A stretch of DNA of 64,000 nucleotides. Source: Hyphochytrium catenoides (lineage: Eukaryota; Protista; Hyphochytriomycota). Made by a program: the position numbers and the translations under genes. The notes beneath the pieces are model-generated. The model ran no database searches. It was not told where the DNA came from and worked only from the letters and a program-made list of their open reading frames with translations. The stretch is taken from positions 162,822 through 226,821 of the forward strand of contig FLMG01000368.1 of assembly GCA_900088475.1 (NCBI GenBank). The letters run 5' to 3'. This document shows positions 23,560 through 34,385 of this stretch, piece after piece; within the stretch, counting starts at the first letter, position 1, and each line of letters opens with the position of its first letter.

Positions 23560-26500
23560 TTACCAAGCTTTCATGCCTGGTCTCTCCCCAGCTGCGGAAG
23601 AAAAGTCATAGCTCAATAACTTCATTTTCTCATAACCCACAAAAGTTACTACCGCCACCGGAGTTGTCTTGAGCATATTTGGAACCAGCCCTCGATATAA
23701 GGCACGGATGCCTCCTTCCCGCACCGTCGCGCTGAAGGCATGCAATGCGCCCCTATATGTTGGGAAGGTGACTGAACCCTCCCATGCTCCCTGCACCTGC
23801 AGTTTCCGTCGGACGACGTCCAGGGGATAGGTGACCACCTGAGCAATCCCAGAGGACAAAACGCTGCACGCCAGCTGCGAGATCACTGCAGGATGACCCA
23901 GCTCTTTGCTTTTGGTGTGATGAACCACCACCGCAGGCCGAAAGAGCTCATAGAGAGTGTAACTCAGACCGATGTAGGGCACAGCACCCAAGGCTGAAGG
24001 CCAGAAGCCCCGATAGAGAGCCCAGACTCCTTCATCTCGCACCACTGTAGATATAAGATGAGCGATAGAATTGTATCTTGCCTTAGGTCCATAGGCTTGT
24101 TGAACTGTCATCCGTGCCCTAGCAAACTCCAGAGGGTAAACTGCGGCCGTTGTGAAGAACCCTGCCATGCCCCCAGCGAGCAAGTTCACAACCTCGGGCG
24201 AGAGCTTTCTGTCTGAACTTCTCAGAAACCCTTGAAAGGTGTTGAAGAGTGTGAAATTGAGCGGAATTGTTGGTATAAGGCGCACTGCGTTGGCGCCATT
24301 ACCCACGAAGAAGCCTCTGATACCGTTATTCTGCAGAATCCTCCCAGCTGCGGACCTGACATGGGAATAGGGGCTCACTGCCGCCGGCCGAGTTTGCATC
24401 AACAGCTTGATTCGTTCAAACGGAGCGACAACTGCTCGAGCCGCAATAGCAGCAACGATGGCTGACAAAAGGGTAACTGCCTTTCTGCCTTCAAGCTCAA
24501 TGTCCTCCGGAGGCTTCTTGTTGACTCCTAGTGAGGGTAGACGCAGCGCAGAGTCCAGCTGAGATTTCTCCCAGATAGCCTGAAATCTGTTAAATTGTGA
24601 AACAGGCAAAGAGAAGGTCAACCTTGATTAATAGAGGGTGGACAAATGGAAGGTCAATATTTCCCGCCGCCAACTTACCCTATGACGTCCTCCCTGATTT
24701 GACTCAGACATTGGCGGAGGATCAAGGGATGCTTCTTAGTCTTTAATACTAGGCGAGTGAAGTCATCGAATGATAGGGTACGAGAGCCGTCCGGACCAAA
24801 GGTAGCTTGAACGAAGTTGAGAAAGTCTGCGGAGGATACGTTTTCATTGTGCTCCTCAGCCCATGAGTTCAGCCCAGCGACGAACTCCTCTCTGCTAATT
24901 AGGCCCGTCTTGACGGCAGTGGGACAGAGTAAGCGAAAGGCAACATCTATTCCCAAGTTGGGAGGAAGAGACGGATGTAACGTTAGAAAGCGCGAATCTT
25001 TCACAAGCCTTTCTTACGCGTTTCCTCACCTGCCAGAACTTTGTCCGTCTTTTTTTCTGAAAAGAGCATGTCAAAGTGAGCAAACTGGGAGAAGTTGATG
25101 ACGCCAGTCTGGTTCGGGTCAATAAGGCGCTCTGCGAGCTTGATGTGTGCCTTGCTGACCCTGACAGGTGCTTCATTCCTGTCACTGGAGCCCTTGCCTT
25201 GCTGATTGCTGTGGCACAGAAGCTGAGAGGTCGCTATTAGCTAATAGTAAAGGGGGAGTCTCTAAATAGCTCACATCAACCAACCAACCTTAAGAAAGTC
25301 TTCCACTTTCATGAAGTACTCGCCTTGGTCTTGGATGGTGCTCAGCGTTTTAAATATCTCGTACAGATGACTAGTGCCACTGAGCGCCAGAGAAGTGAAG
25401 TTGTCCCTAGTAAGGGCCCATATTTTAGCGTCCTTCTTCACTCTGACTGTCGCCCCTCTGGGGCTATTATACAGAAGCGCCGCCTCTCCAAAGCTACTTC
25501 CAGGGCCCAGAAGCTGCACCATCTGTGGGGATGGAGCCCCGGGCTTTCGTCGTAATATCTCACACTCTCCCTCCTCTATGACGTAAAAGTTATCCCCATA
25601 CTCTCCTTGGCGAATCACCTCTTCCCCACTCTTAAGATACAATGGAAAGAGGGCATTTGCAACCCTCTGCCGGCTGTGTCTATCTAATGGCTTGAAAATA
25701 CTATGAGATGAGAGGACACCAAAAAGAAAGCGTCTATCTCTCATCGTTTGCTTTGATAAAGCGTCCGCGTTGACAAAGTTCTGGAAAGCTGACTTGTCGA
25801 GCCGCCAAAGGATCACTTTGTCTACAAAACAAGATAGTCAAACAATGCACCGGCATCATGGCCGATTGGGCATGGCTCACTTACCTTCAGTGGACCTTGC
25901 TTGGACGGTCAGCGCTCGCTTGGTGTCATACAGTAGTGCAGAGTCTCCAAAGTAGTTAGTCTGCCCGTAAGTCAGAACCTTGACCTTAGGTCTGCCTTCT
26001 TTGTTCACGTAAGCGTCGCACTCTCCAGATCCCACTACATAGAAGTAATCTCCTTCATTCCCCTGATAGAATAACACCTCCTCATCTTGGGCCTCATATC
26101 GCTCAAAACAGTCGATTAGGCTCTCCTGGGCAGACTCTGCCAGAGAGCTGAAGAGTTGGTGCCTTCGCAGGCTCCGTCTGATGATTTCTCTTTCCTCTGA
26201 CGTCTCTGGATTGAGTCTTTCGACCATTGTGTCTGTGGAGTAGACCTTTTCATCTGCTAAATAAATTTCCTTTGACAGATGTGCCTGAGACGCCATGTGA
26301 GCACTCTTTGGTTTACCTCGAGATTAAATGGCCAGCAGTGAATGAACAGAGAGGATCAAAGTAATGGGATGAAGATGGGCTACACTTATAATGAGAGTCA
26401 GAGCCGACTTATAAGAAGTAAGAGCACGGCGCGTAAGGAGGGTGGTGGGACATACATCTCCTTTGAACGGTAGTACGTGATAAGAACTGGCGAAGTGATG

Positions 26501-27690
26501 AGGAAGGTAGGAACTGGAAGGTGGATAGGGTGCAAGAAGTCCGAGGTACTGATAGAGTCCTGCCACCAACTCGCTGCAAAACACCCGCGACGTGTCTTCC
26601 TCGTTCTCAAAGATGGACTTTTCTATCGACATGAACATGTGGGTCAGTTCATGCGTTTCAGTATCAATAGACTGGAGTCGAGTCTGGAGTGTTTGCCGTT
26701 GAAAATTTGTCAAGCGCTATCGGGCCATTGTTAGATGGCTATCGTCGTTGTTGCCAGAGGGGCTGATACAGTGCAATGAAGCTGAAATGGAAGAAGCAGC
26801 GCAAGAAAGGTAAAACTGCAGAGTGATCGCATAGAACAACAGGCGACAAGACAAGGACAGAGCCACCAAGGTAGCGGAATGGTCAAGATATCGGAGAAGA
26901 GATGCATGAACTAAGAGACTGGGAGACAGAGGAAAGGAGAGACAGAGAATGCTGAAATTGATAAGGACTTTGAGACGAAAAGCCGGGAGGAATCGCTGTA
27001 TAAGGAAAGGTGTATCTCCATACGGCAAAGATGTAAGGGAGAAGTACGGCTAACCTTGTTCTCAAGGTCAAACTTGATGTCCTCTTCCTCCTTTCTTTTC
27101 TTCATAAGGAGCTTTTGAACTCTTTCTCTGACGGCGCGGGCAGGGACTGTGAACTGGGCATTGAAGAACTTATCCAGTCTCTCTTCGTACTTCTTGTTGG
27201 ACATCATCTCACAGTATTCTAATGCCTTTGCACGAAGCTCATCAGTTCTTTGTATCTGTAGGCGTCGAATAGCTATCTGATTCGACCGACTGAATTTCAG
27301 TCTGTCTTGTAGGGGACGGAGCTTGGTCCCTGTCAGAGAGGCTTCTAGCACCATCAGCTCACCATTTCCATGTCGAACGATTACTCCTGTAGGTAGTAGT
27401 TGTCAAGAGTTAACTTCCATAGTGACGGCAAAGGTAAGCTTCCATCTATGAAGAGCTTACGTACCGATATGATCCCATCGTGACCCGGAGAATAGTTTAG
27501 CTGACACGCAGAGAAAGCCTCCCCATAAGTTCATCTTGGTACATTGCCGATCGAAGATAATAATATCGCCAGTGTCCAAGTTTCTGGGCAGGCGGAACTT
27601 CCCGATAAACTCCACCCGACTGTATGTGCGGAATAGCGGAGGGCGGTCCCTCAGGGTCGCGGTATCTGGACTTTGGTCTCTCCGTTCCAT
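23560..27690 (-). CDS. Fusion: permuted papain-like amidase (YiiX-like) + 2 cNMP-binding domains + EF-hands + mitochondrial carrier (SLC25)
   Basis: Seven GT-AG introns (27387-27464, 26717-27054, 26285-26455, 25822-25884, 25223-25288, 24947-25029, 24587-24678) give one 3240-nt frame. Motifs: GDIIIF/WDHIG/FCSELVA; FGDSALLYDTKRA and FGEAALLYNSPRGA; DPNQTGVINFSQF; carrier signatures PFERIK, PLEFAR, PLDVVR. The start codon is uncertain. Confidence 0.82.
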
Positions 27691-28257
27691 GGTTCTCTCT
27701 GATGCTTTCGACAAAGGACGCAATGGTCATGGCCAGACTAAATGTCAGCAGATAGTATGGGTTCCCTCTTACTCTGCGATGCTTCGTGACCTTGTTGATA
27801 TACCGTTAAAGAGGATAAAGAAGTAGATGATGGCATCCCGCGGGTCCTACATGGATGACATAAAGCTGTCTCAAAAAACCCGATGACTTGTGTAAGTTGC
27901 CGATGCTGAAGGCAGATATTGCCAACCACCTCCCGAAGTCTCTTTGGATTGCCTGGTCACTACTTCGGACGTCGGAGAGGTGACAAGCAGGGTACAGGGA
28001 CAGACAACCGTGGTAAGCTGTAAGGCTGATCGAACTGTGGAGCTCAACAAGACAAGAAATTTGTTTGTCTATCGGCTTTCTTGCAGTCTCCAAAACTGCA
28101 AAATAACCAAGTGAAGCCCAATCACTAATCAAGGAGGAGGACTGTGAGATAAGAAGCCTTCGTAGAATTTTAGAAGAGGAAATATCTTGGGTTTGTTGTT
28201 AGAACTGAATAGACAGTGGTAAAAAGTTGTGACTTTCTGTAAAAACAAAAACTGAGT

Positions 28258-28329
28258 TGCCCGAACTGGGGATTGAACCCAGGACCTTCAGTTTACAAGA
28301 CTGATACGCTACCACTGCGTCATCCGGGC
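28258..28329 (-). tRNA. tRNA-Thr(UGU)
   Basis: GCCCGGATGACGCAGTGGTAGCGTATCAGTCT-TGT-AAACTGAAGGTCCTGGGTTCAATCCCCAGTTCGGGCA folds as a full cloverleaf with anticodon TGT. Confidence 0.95.
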
Positions 28330-28749
28330 ACTACAGTAAGAGCCTTGACAGCATATTTAATCCTTATCGAAGAGTCGCTTCGCTGAATAAGAAGCGCCAC
28401 GAGGATTCGCATCTTTCGTCATTCCTCACCCACATCATCACAACCACTTGAGAACCTCAACTCATGCAACTCAGCAACTCTTCACCTCACAGGCTCTTCT
28501 CAATACATCTTCAGGAGCACATTAAAGCCTCTACTTCGCTCGGCCGCGCTGGCAGCTTGAAAGATTGCGTGCAACCACTGTAAAAGTGTCTCGCTCATCG
28601 GGCGGGCATGGTCCAAGATCGACTGGTCCAGTCTACTCCAGTCTACGATAAGGCCGAGTCGTGCTATCCTCAAAGATCAGAGGCTCTTCCTTGCATAGAG
28701 AAAGTGTCGGGCAGAACATAGGGTAGAGCAGACGTGACTTTGAGGTAAC

Positions 28750-30122
28750 ATGCAGGAGCAAGAGACCTTTCTTCAAATCGCTGGAGCTTGCGCTGTCTTC
28801 ACCTCCAGCCAGGTACTGACAGAACACGATCTACTCATTGGTGGCGGGAAAATCTTGGGTATAAGCCAGCGCGAAGCAAGTCTACAGAAGGTACATAGAA
28901 ATGACAGTTACCCCCTCAGTCGATCATTACAAGCTGAGACGTCATCTTCCAGTTGGAACAAGAGAAACCTTTTGCGCCCAAAATCATAGATGCTGCTGGC
29001 AAAATAATTGTACCAGGCTTTGTTGATATCCATGTCCATGCAACAGGTGGTGGAGGAGAAAGTAGCTTCCGAAGCCGATGCCCAGGTACGAACAGCCCAA
29101 CGTCCATCGTTTCTTTGCTCTTCATGCCTAATGAGGCTTCATGCGCAGAGGCAACACTTTCGGAACTCCTCGATGCAGGAATAACTACTATTGTTGGAGT
29201 GCTTGGGACCGATTCGCTCTCCCGCAGCCTGGAGAATTTGTTCGCCAAGGTTAGACAGCTTCTTCGATGCTACATCTCCTCTACGCCTTCATCTTACAGT
29301 GTCTATTCTCAATAGGTGAAAGGGTTGACAGAGCAGGGTATAACAGGGTTCATGTACACAGGAGCGTATGCTGTGCCGTCACCCACCCTCACGGGAGCGG
29401 TGAAGCGGGACATGGTGCTCATTGATCCAGTGGTTGGATGCAAGCTTGCGATTTCTGACCATCGTGGGAGTTACCCAACCCGGCAGGAGCTGATTCGCCT
29501 TCTGAGTGAAGTTCGCGTAGGAGGGTTGACAGCTGGGAAGCAAGGAGTCCTATACTGTCATATGGGAAGCGATAAGGCGGGCCTCGAACCTTTGTGGCAA
29601 GTTCTGGAGCACACTTCAATTCCAATCAAACACTTAGTCCCAACGCATATGGCGCGGACGCCAGAGCTTCTGGAAGATGGTGTTCGATGGATTGAGGCAG
29701 GCGGCAGAATGGACTTCGCAGGATCTCCGGAAGCCCAAGTCCTGGCAGTAGTGGACCTCGTAAACCGGAATGTACCGTTGACCAACATCTCTATATCGAG
29801 TGACTCGTATGGATCCCTGCCCGTGTTTGGACCTTCACGAGAAGTCATTGACTACGCGTACGCCAAGCCACAAGAACTCTATGACCAATTCCGCGACCTC
29901 CATCTGCAGCACCAGTTACCTTTGGAAACGATCCTCCCTTTGTTCACCTGCAATCCAGCGGCATCGCATGGTCTGTCTGGAAAAGGGCAGATAGCAATAG
30001 GAGCCGATGCCGATTTCCTTGTACTCGACCCCATCACATTAGAGATTGAGTTGGTCTTTGCTAGGGGAAAATGTTTGAAAGGTGACCTAGGCAAATACAG
30101 ACGGCAGTATAGCCAAGGCTAG
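28750..30122 (+). CDS. iadA: Isoaspartyl dipeptidase (beta-aspartyl peptidase, amidohydrolase family)
   Basis: PGFVDIHVHATGGGGE, GITTIVGVLGTD, GCKLAISDHR, YCHMG, PTHM and SSDSYGS. Three introns (28891-28952, 29086-29148, 29250-29315). Confidence 0.93.
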
Positions 30123-30195
30123 CTTTGCTTTTGTCGGGGTCTATCGTCAGCTCCAGTTAGGCTCCTTGTTGAAGGCGCATGGTTAATGGGAATAT

Positions 30196-31675
30196 CTATT
30201 TGAAGTATGGCAGGCGTAAGAGGGCTTCTGCATCTAGGCGGTCTTGTGGCCTCATCGTTAGTGACTTCTTCAGCACCTCGAGGGCATCAGCACTTGGCTG
30301 CCTTGGCGCCGTACGGAACAGCAACTCTAGCGGAATTCTGGGAAGAACTTTCACCGCCATCAACCTCTTTTGAAGGCTTCGGTCTAAATGGTCCAATGTA
30401 TTGAGAAGGTCCGCTGGGGGAGTGCCCAGAACAAGCAACATCTGCCCAGAGAGATAAGGTTGATTGAATGTCAAATGGCGGTGGCCGGGACAAGAATAGC
30501 TAATGGCCACGTTCTCACTTGGAGGAATTGCGTTGAGTCGTCCTTGCCGAGAAAGAGCGGTCGCTGCAGGAACATCTCGGCCATGACCGCGCCAAAGGCA
30601 TATAAATCCTGACAGTAAGATATATAAAGCAGAGTTCGACTTCCGCTGGCGGAACGATAGCTGGAATTTACCCACCACAGCCTTAGTGTACGCGCTAGTG
30701 CCAAGTAATAGCTCAGGTGCACGATAAGGCCTGCTGCCTACGTAGGGATCATGTGGCCCTGCCGAATCCTCTTTGGCTGCGCCGAAGTCACACAGGAAGA
30801 CGCTCTGGCCGCCTCGAATCATGATGTTCTTCGTACATGATCAGCGGTATTGCCCTTGCCAACCCTAAGAACAGGTGATAAGACCCTACCTGGGGCTTGA
30901 TATCCCTAGATGATATAAACAATGACGGTCTGAGTCCAATACATTACCCTTTCGACATAACCATGTCCCCATGTCCATACCGGTGTATGATGCCCAACTC
31001 GTGCACATAAGATATCGCTACATTGATGGATTCTGTCGTTAGTCCTCACACTTGTGGCCCCCGTCCAAACTACGAGGTAGTAGTAAAGCAGTCTGATACC
31101 TCTAAGCAACTGGCATAGTATATCCTTCATCCACTCTGCGGAGCACATTGAGACACCATTGGTGTTCTTTGGTTCATTGGCCACATTGGGATACAAGAAG
31201 CAAGTCAGAGGCGTCCCGCAATCATCCATGACAAGATTCCAGTATATATTCTCTGGCGATACTGCGGGACTCGCAAAAAAGAGATGGAGTCTTGGCACAC
31301 CTATCTTGCTGCCGGCTTCTCTATTGAGCATCATTAAAACCTTTATTTCTCTAGGAACCTTAAGCTCGTTCTGAGCGTCGCCGGGCGAAGTGATGGGGCT
31401 GGCATCTGAATATTCCTTGAACAACACGCGCTTGAGAACTATACGTTTACCCAATTGGTTATCAGGCCTGGCGGCACCATCTGCAGCTTCCCAGGCAACC
31501 AGATCACCGCCATAGACTGTGCCATCTAATAACATGCAATGAAGGTGTAAAAGGGTAGTTAAGGCACTGACACAAGTCGTTGAAAGCGTGCCAGAACTAG
31601 ACTAGAGGACAACTCACATGACCCTTTACTAAGCTTGTGGCGGAGTATGATCTCATAGTTGCTGTCCACGGACAT
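30196..31675 (-). CDS. CMGC protein kinase, divergent GSK3-like
   Basis: IVLKRV, REIKVL, IIHRDIKPQNIMI (spliced), LCDFGAAK, YVGSRPYRAPELLLG, RPLFLG and VLGTP. Confidence 0.85.
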
Positions 31676-32298
31676 TTTTGTCTCTGGAGTCGACACTCTG
31701 GACGAAAGAGCGCTCAGTCTAATGAAGCTCCGCACTTTCCGGTAAGCAAGCAAATGGTCCACTGACGGCCTGGCAATGTGAAGTCAAAAGGAAGATCCCT
31801 AATGAGGCCAAACAGCCCGACTTCACGATTAGTCGGTCCCCAAGGATATTTTGACCTCTAAAATCAATTGGAAGCTGCAAAGCAAATGTCGCCAAGCGAA
31901 TTGAAATAACGATTCTGAGTCTACACAGCTTTCGGAATTGCTTTACGCTGCACTGTGAAAGAACCAAAACAAAATAGGCTCCCAAGCGAAGCGAAGTAAT
32001 CATCACTATGTCGATTGAAAGACCTCCACTTTATGCTTAATGAAGGCTATCGCGTGAAATAAAAAGTAGAGATCGAAATGGAAAAGGAGAAAAATATCAA
32101 TGGATCCACAGCGCCACTTCGTCAATTGCATCGGCCTACGAAGAGTCCCAGTGGTTTTCCTAACGAAATGGCGCTGATCTGCGTCGTGCCAGGACTGTTG
32201 TGTCTCTGGAAACTAAGATTGCCAAAGGCTGAAGAGCACGGATATGTCATCAGGAGAAGTGGATAAATTGGAAAGTCTGTTGATGAGATGGTGGCTTG

Positions 32299-32716
32299 CT
32301 AACCTGAGTCCGAGGCAAGAGTGGAAAAGCCTTTCTTTTGTTCTCGAAGCACCTTCTTTGGTGTTGACTTCTTGGGTCGTACAGGATGAACCATGGGTGG
32401 TAAGATATCGGCCTGCCCTAGGACAAAGCGGACACGGTCCGAAGGCTGTGCACCCACAGATAGCCAGTACTTGATCCTTTCAGAGTTGAGCTGCATCTCT
32501 TTGACACCATGCTTATCTGCTATAGGATGCACTGTGCCCAGCTGCACTGTCCGTTAGATAAATCTGCAGATTCTTTAGAAAAGCGGTCTCCCCCGACAGC
32601 CTACTTACTCTTTCTATGAACTTGCCATCCCGAGGAGCTCTCGAGTCTGCGGCCACCATCCTGTAGACCGGGAAGTCTTTCCTACCAAACCTTTGAAGCC
32701 GGATCCTTACGGGCAT
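32299..32716 (-). CDS. MRPS16: Mitochondrial ribosomal protein S16 (may extend by one exon to 32122)
   Basis: [36 protein letters not shown]|[23 protein letters not shown]. Confidence 0.92.
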
Positions 32717-33312
32717 TGTGTCCAGGAGTTAGTCGTGGCGGAGGTCTCAGCTATTACGCTGTGGCCAGCTTCACCGGATTCTCGTGCTGCGAGATTGGCT
32801 TTCCAAGGCGATGCTGCTCAAAGTGATCGCTCCAAAACCTATCACTTGAACGATGATGCGGCGACAGTGTTGCTGGAAATGGTTGCTTTCTTGCTCCTTG
32901 AAAACAGACTGATGGTAATGGCAAGTGTTGGAAATAGCGAGTGCAGCGATACGTTAGCGCCTTGTGTGATGCCGCTAACGTGGAAACTCTTTGATGCTTT
33001 TTGGTGCAATCAGAACTACACGGCGAATAGAACACTCCTCACTAGGAACGTGTACAAGAATGGGGATTTATGATAGAAAGTAGAAGAGTGCAGGTAGAAC
33101 TACATGTTCTGATCACATCCTACCATCTCTCTTTGGAGCTTCCACGAAACTCTTCGACATGAGAAGGCGGAGCGCGGATCCTCCAAAAAATAAGGCGGCC
33201 TCAGGTATCAACATCATTCAAGAAGTTCCCTGGTGAAGTAGGCGGTTCCCCAGGCGTGTCAGTAGCTTCTTATCGTCATTGTTGAGCCTCAGTGCTTGGG
33301 TTTATCAGCAAG

Positions 33313-34308
33313 ATGTTCACAGGGATCATAGAGGAAATTGGGATTGTTAAGTCCGTGGACGAGCACTCAGACCTAGTTCTCTGGGACGGGAGAAAGGGTC
33401 AAGGGTTTGTTCTTGTCATTAGCTGCAAGACAGTGCTAGAAGGGGCATACCTGGGCTGTAGTATCGCGGTAAATGGCGTCTGTCTAACTGTGACAGCTTT
33501 TGGACCCGGAGACTTCACAGTTAACTGCGCGCCTGAAACGTAAGGTTGGGTTATAGACTCTTCCAACTTTGGTGGGATGACCGCCTCACGCCTATATATT
33601 TCAGGTTGAGGCTGACTAACTTAGGGCAGCTGAAGCCTAATGACAAGGTCAACTTGGAGCGCAGTGCCAAGTTCTCTGATAGAAATAGTGGTCATTTTGT
33701 ACAAGGTCATGTGGACAATACGGCAGTGATCAAGGTCAGACATCCCTTCCTAGTAGAAAGGCTTGCCGGTTGCAATTGTTAGCCAGCTAAAAGCGATGGT
33801 ATCAGGACTTCAGGCCGGATGGAGATTCACTGTATGTAAGGCTGCAGCCACCGGCAGATTTAATGAAGTTCATCGTTGCCAAGGGCTACGTCGCGCTCGA
33901 TGGGACAAGTCTCACTGTCTGTGAGGTAAATTAACCTGCCTAATGGAGGGCTTTCCTTGAAACTAAGACTCTCTGTGCGACAGGTCAATCGCGAGCAAGG
34001 CTGGTTTTCCGTGATGTTGATCGCTTTTACTCAGAAGAAAATCATACTGCCGCTAAAGCAACGAGGTGATCACGTGAACGTTGAGGTAACTTATGCAGAA
34101 CCATAAACGGCTGGCATCTTGCTAACCCGGGCAAATTGACCTGAAGGTTGACGTGATGAGCAAGTACGTGGAGTCATCTGTGACTGCCATTCGCACTGAG
34201 CTAGAGAGCTTAAGACTGCAGCAGCGCCACGTGAAACTACTGGGTGCCGCTGGCTTTACACTGGCTTCCCTCCTGCTAGCCATTACCTTTCTTAACAGAC
34301 GCCAATAG
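33313..34308 (+). CDS. RIB5: Riboflavin synthase with a C-terminal hydrophobic tail
   Basis: MFTGIIEEIG, SIAVNGVCLTV, VNLERS, GHFVQGHVD, KGYVALDGTSLTV and VNVEVDVMSKYVE across GT-AG introns. Confidence 0.93.
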
Positions 34309-34385
34309 TTCTGCCAGTACTTGTTGCACATTGAACAGGCACGGTGGCCAAAATAAGTTAGTTTAAGCCAAGACTCTTCTTTGGC

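Noticed and set aside
25877-26296. Stand-alone PKA regulatory subunit starting at MASQ
   Set aside because: There is no D/D domain or inhibitor site, the ATG lies in a predicted intron 3' end, and the frame splices onward into EF-hand and carrier exons.
26324-26455. Hydrophobic C-terminal TM of the 129-aa ORF (CorA-like)
   Set aside because: Better explained as pyrimidine-rich intron read-through after the gtatgt donor; no GMN motif is present.
28750-30122. Bacterial contamination as the source of iadA
   Set aside because: It has three spliceosomal introns with the same signals as neighbouring genes.
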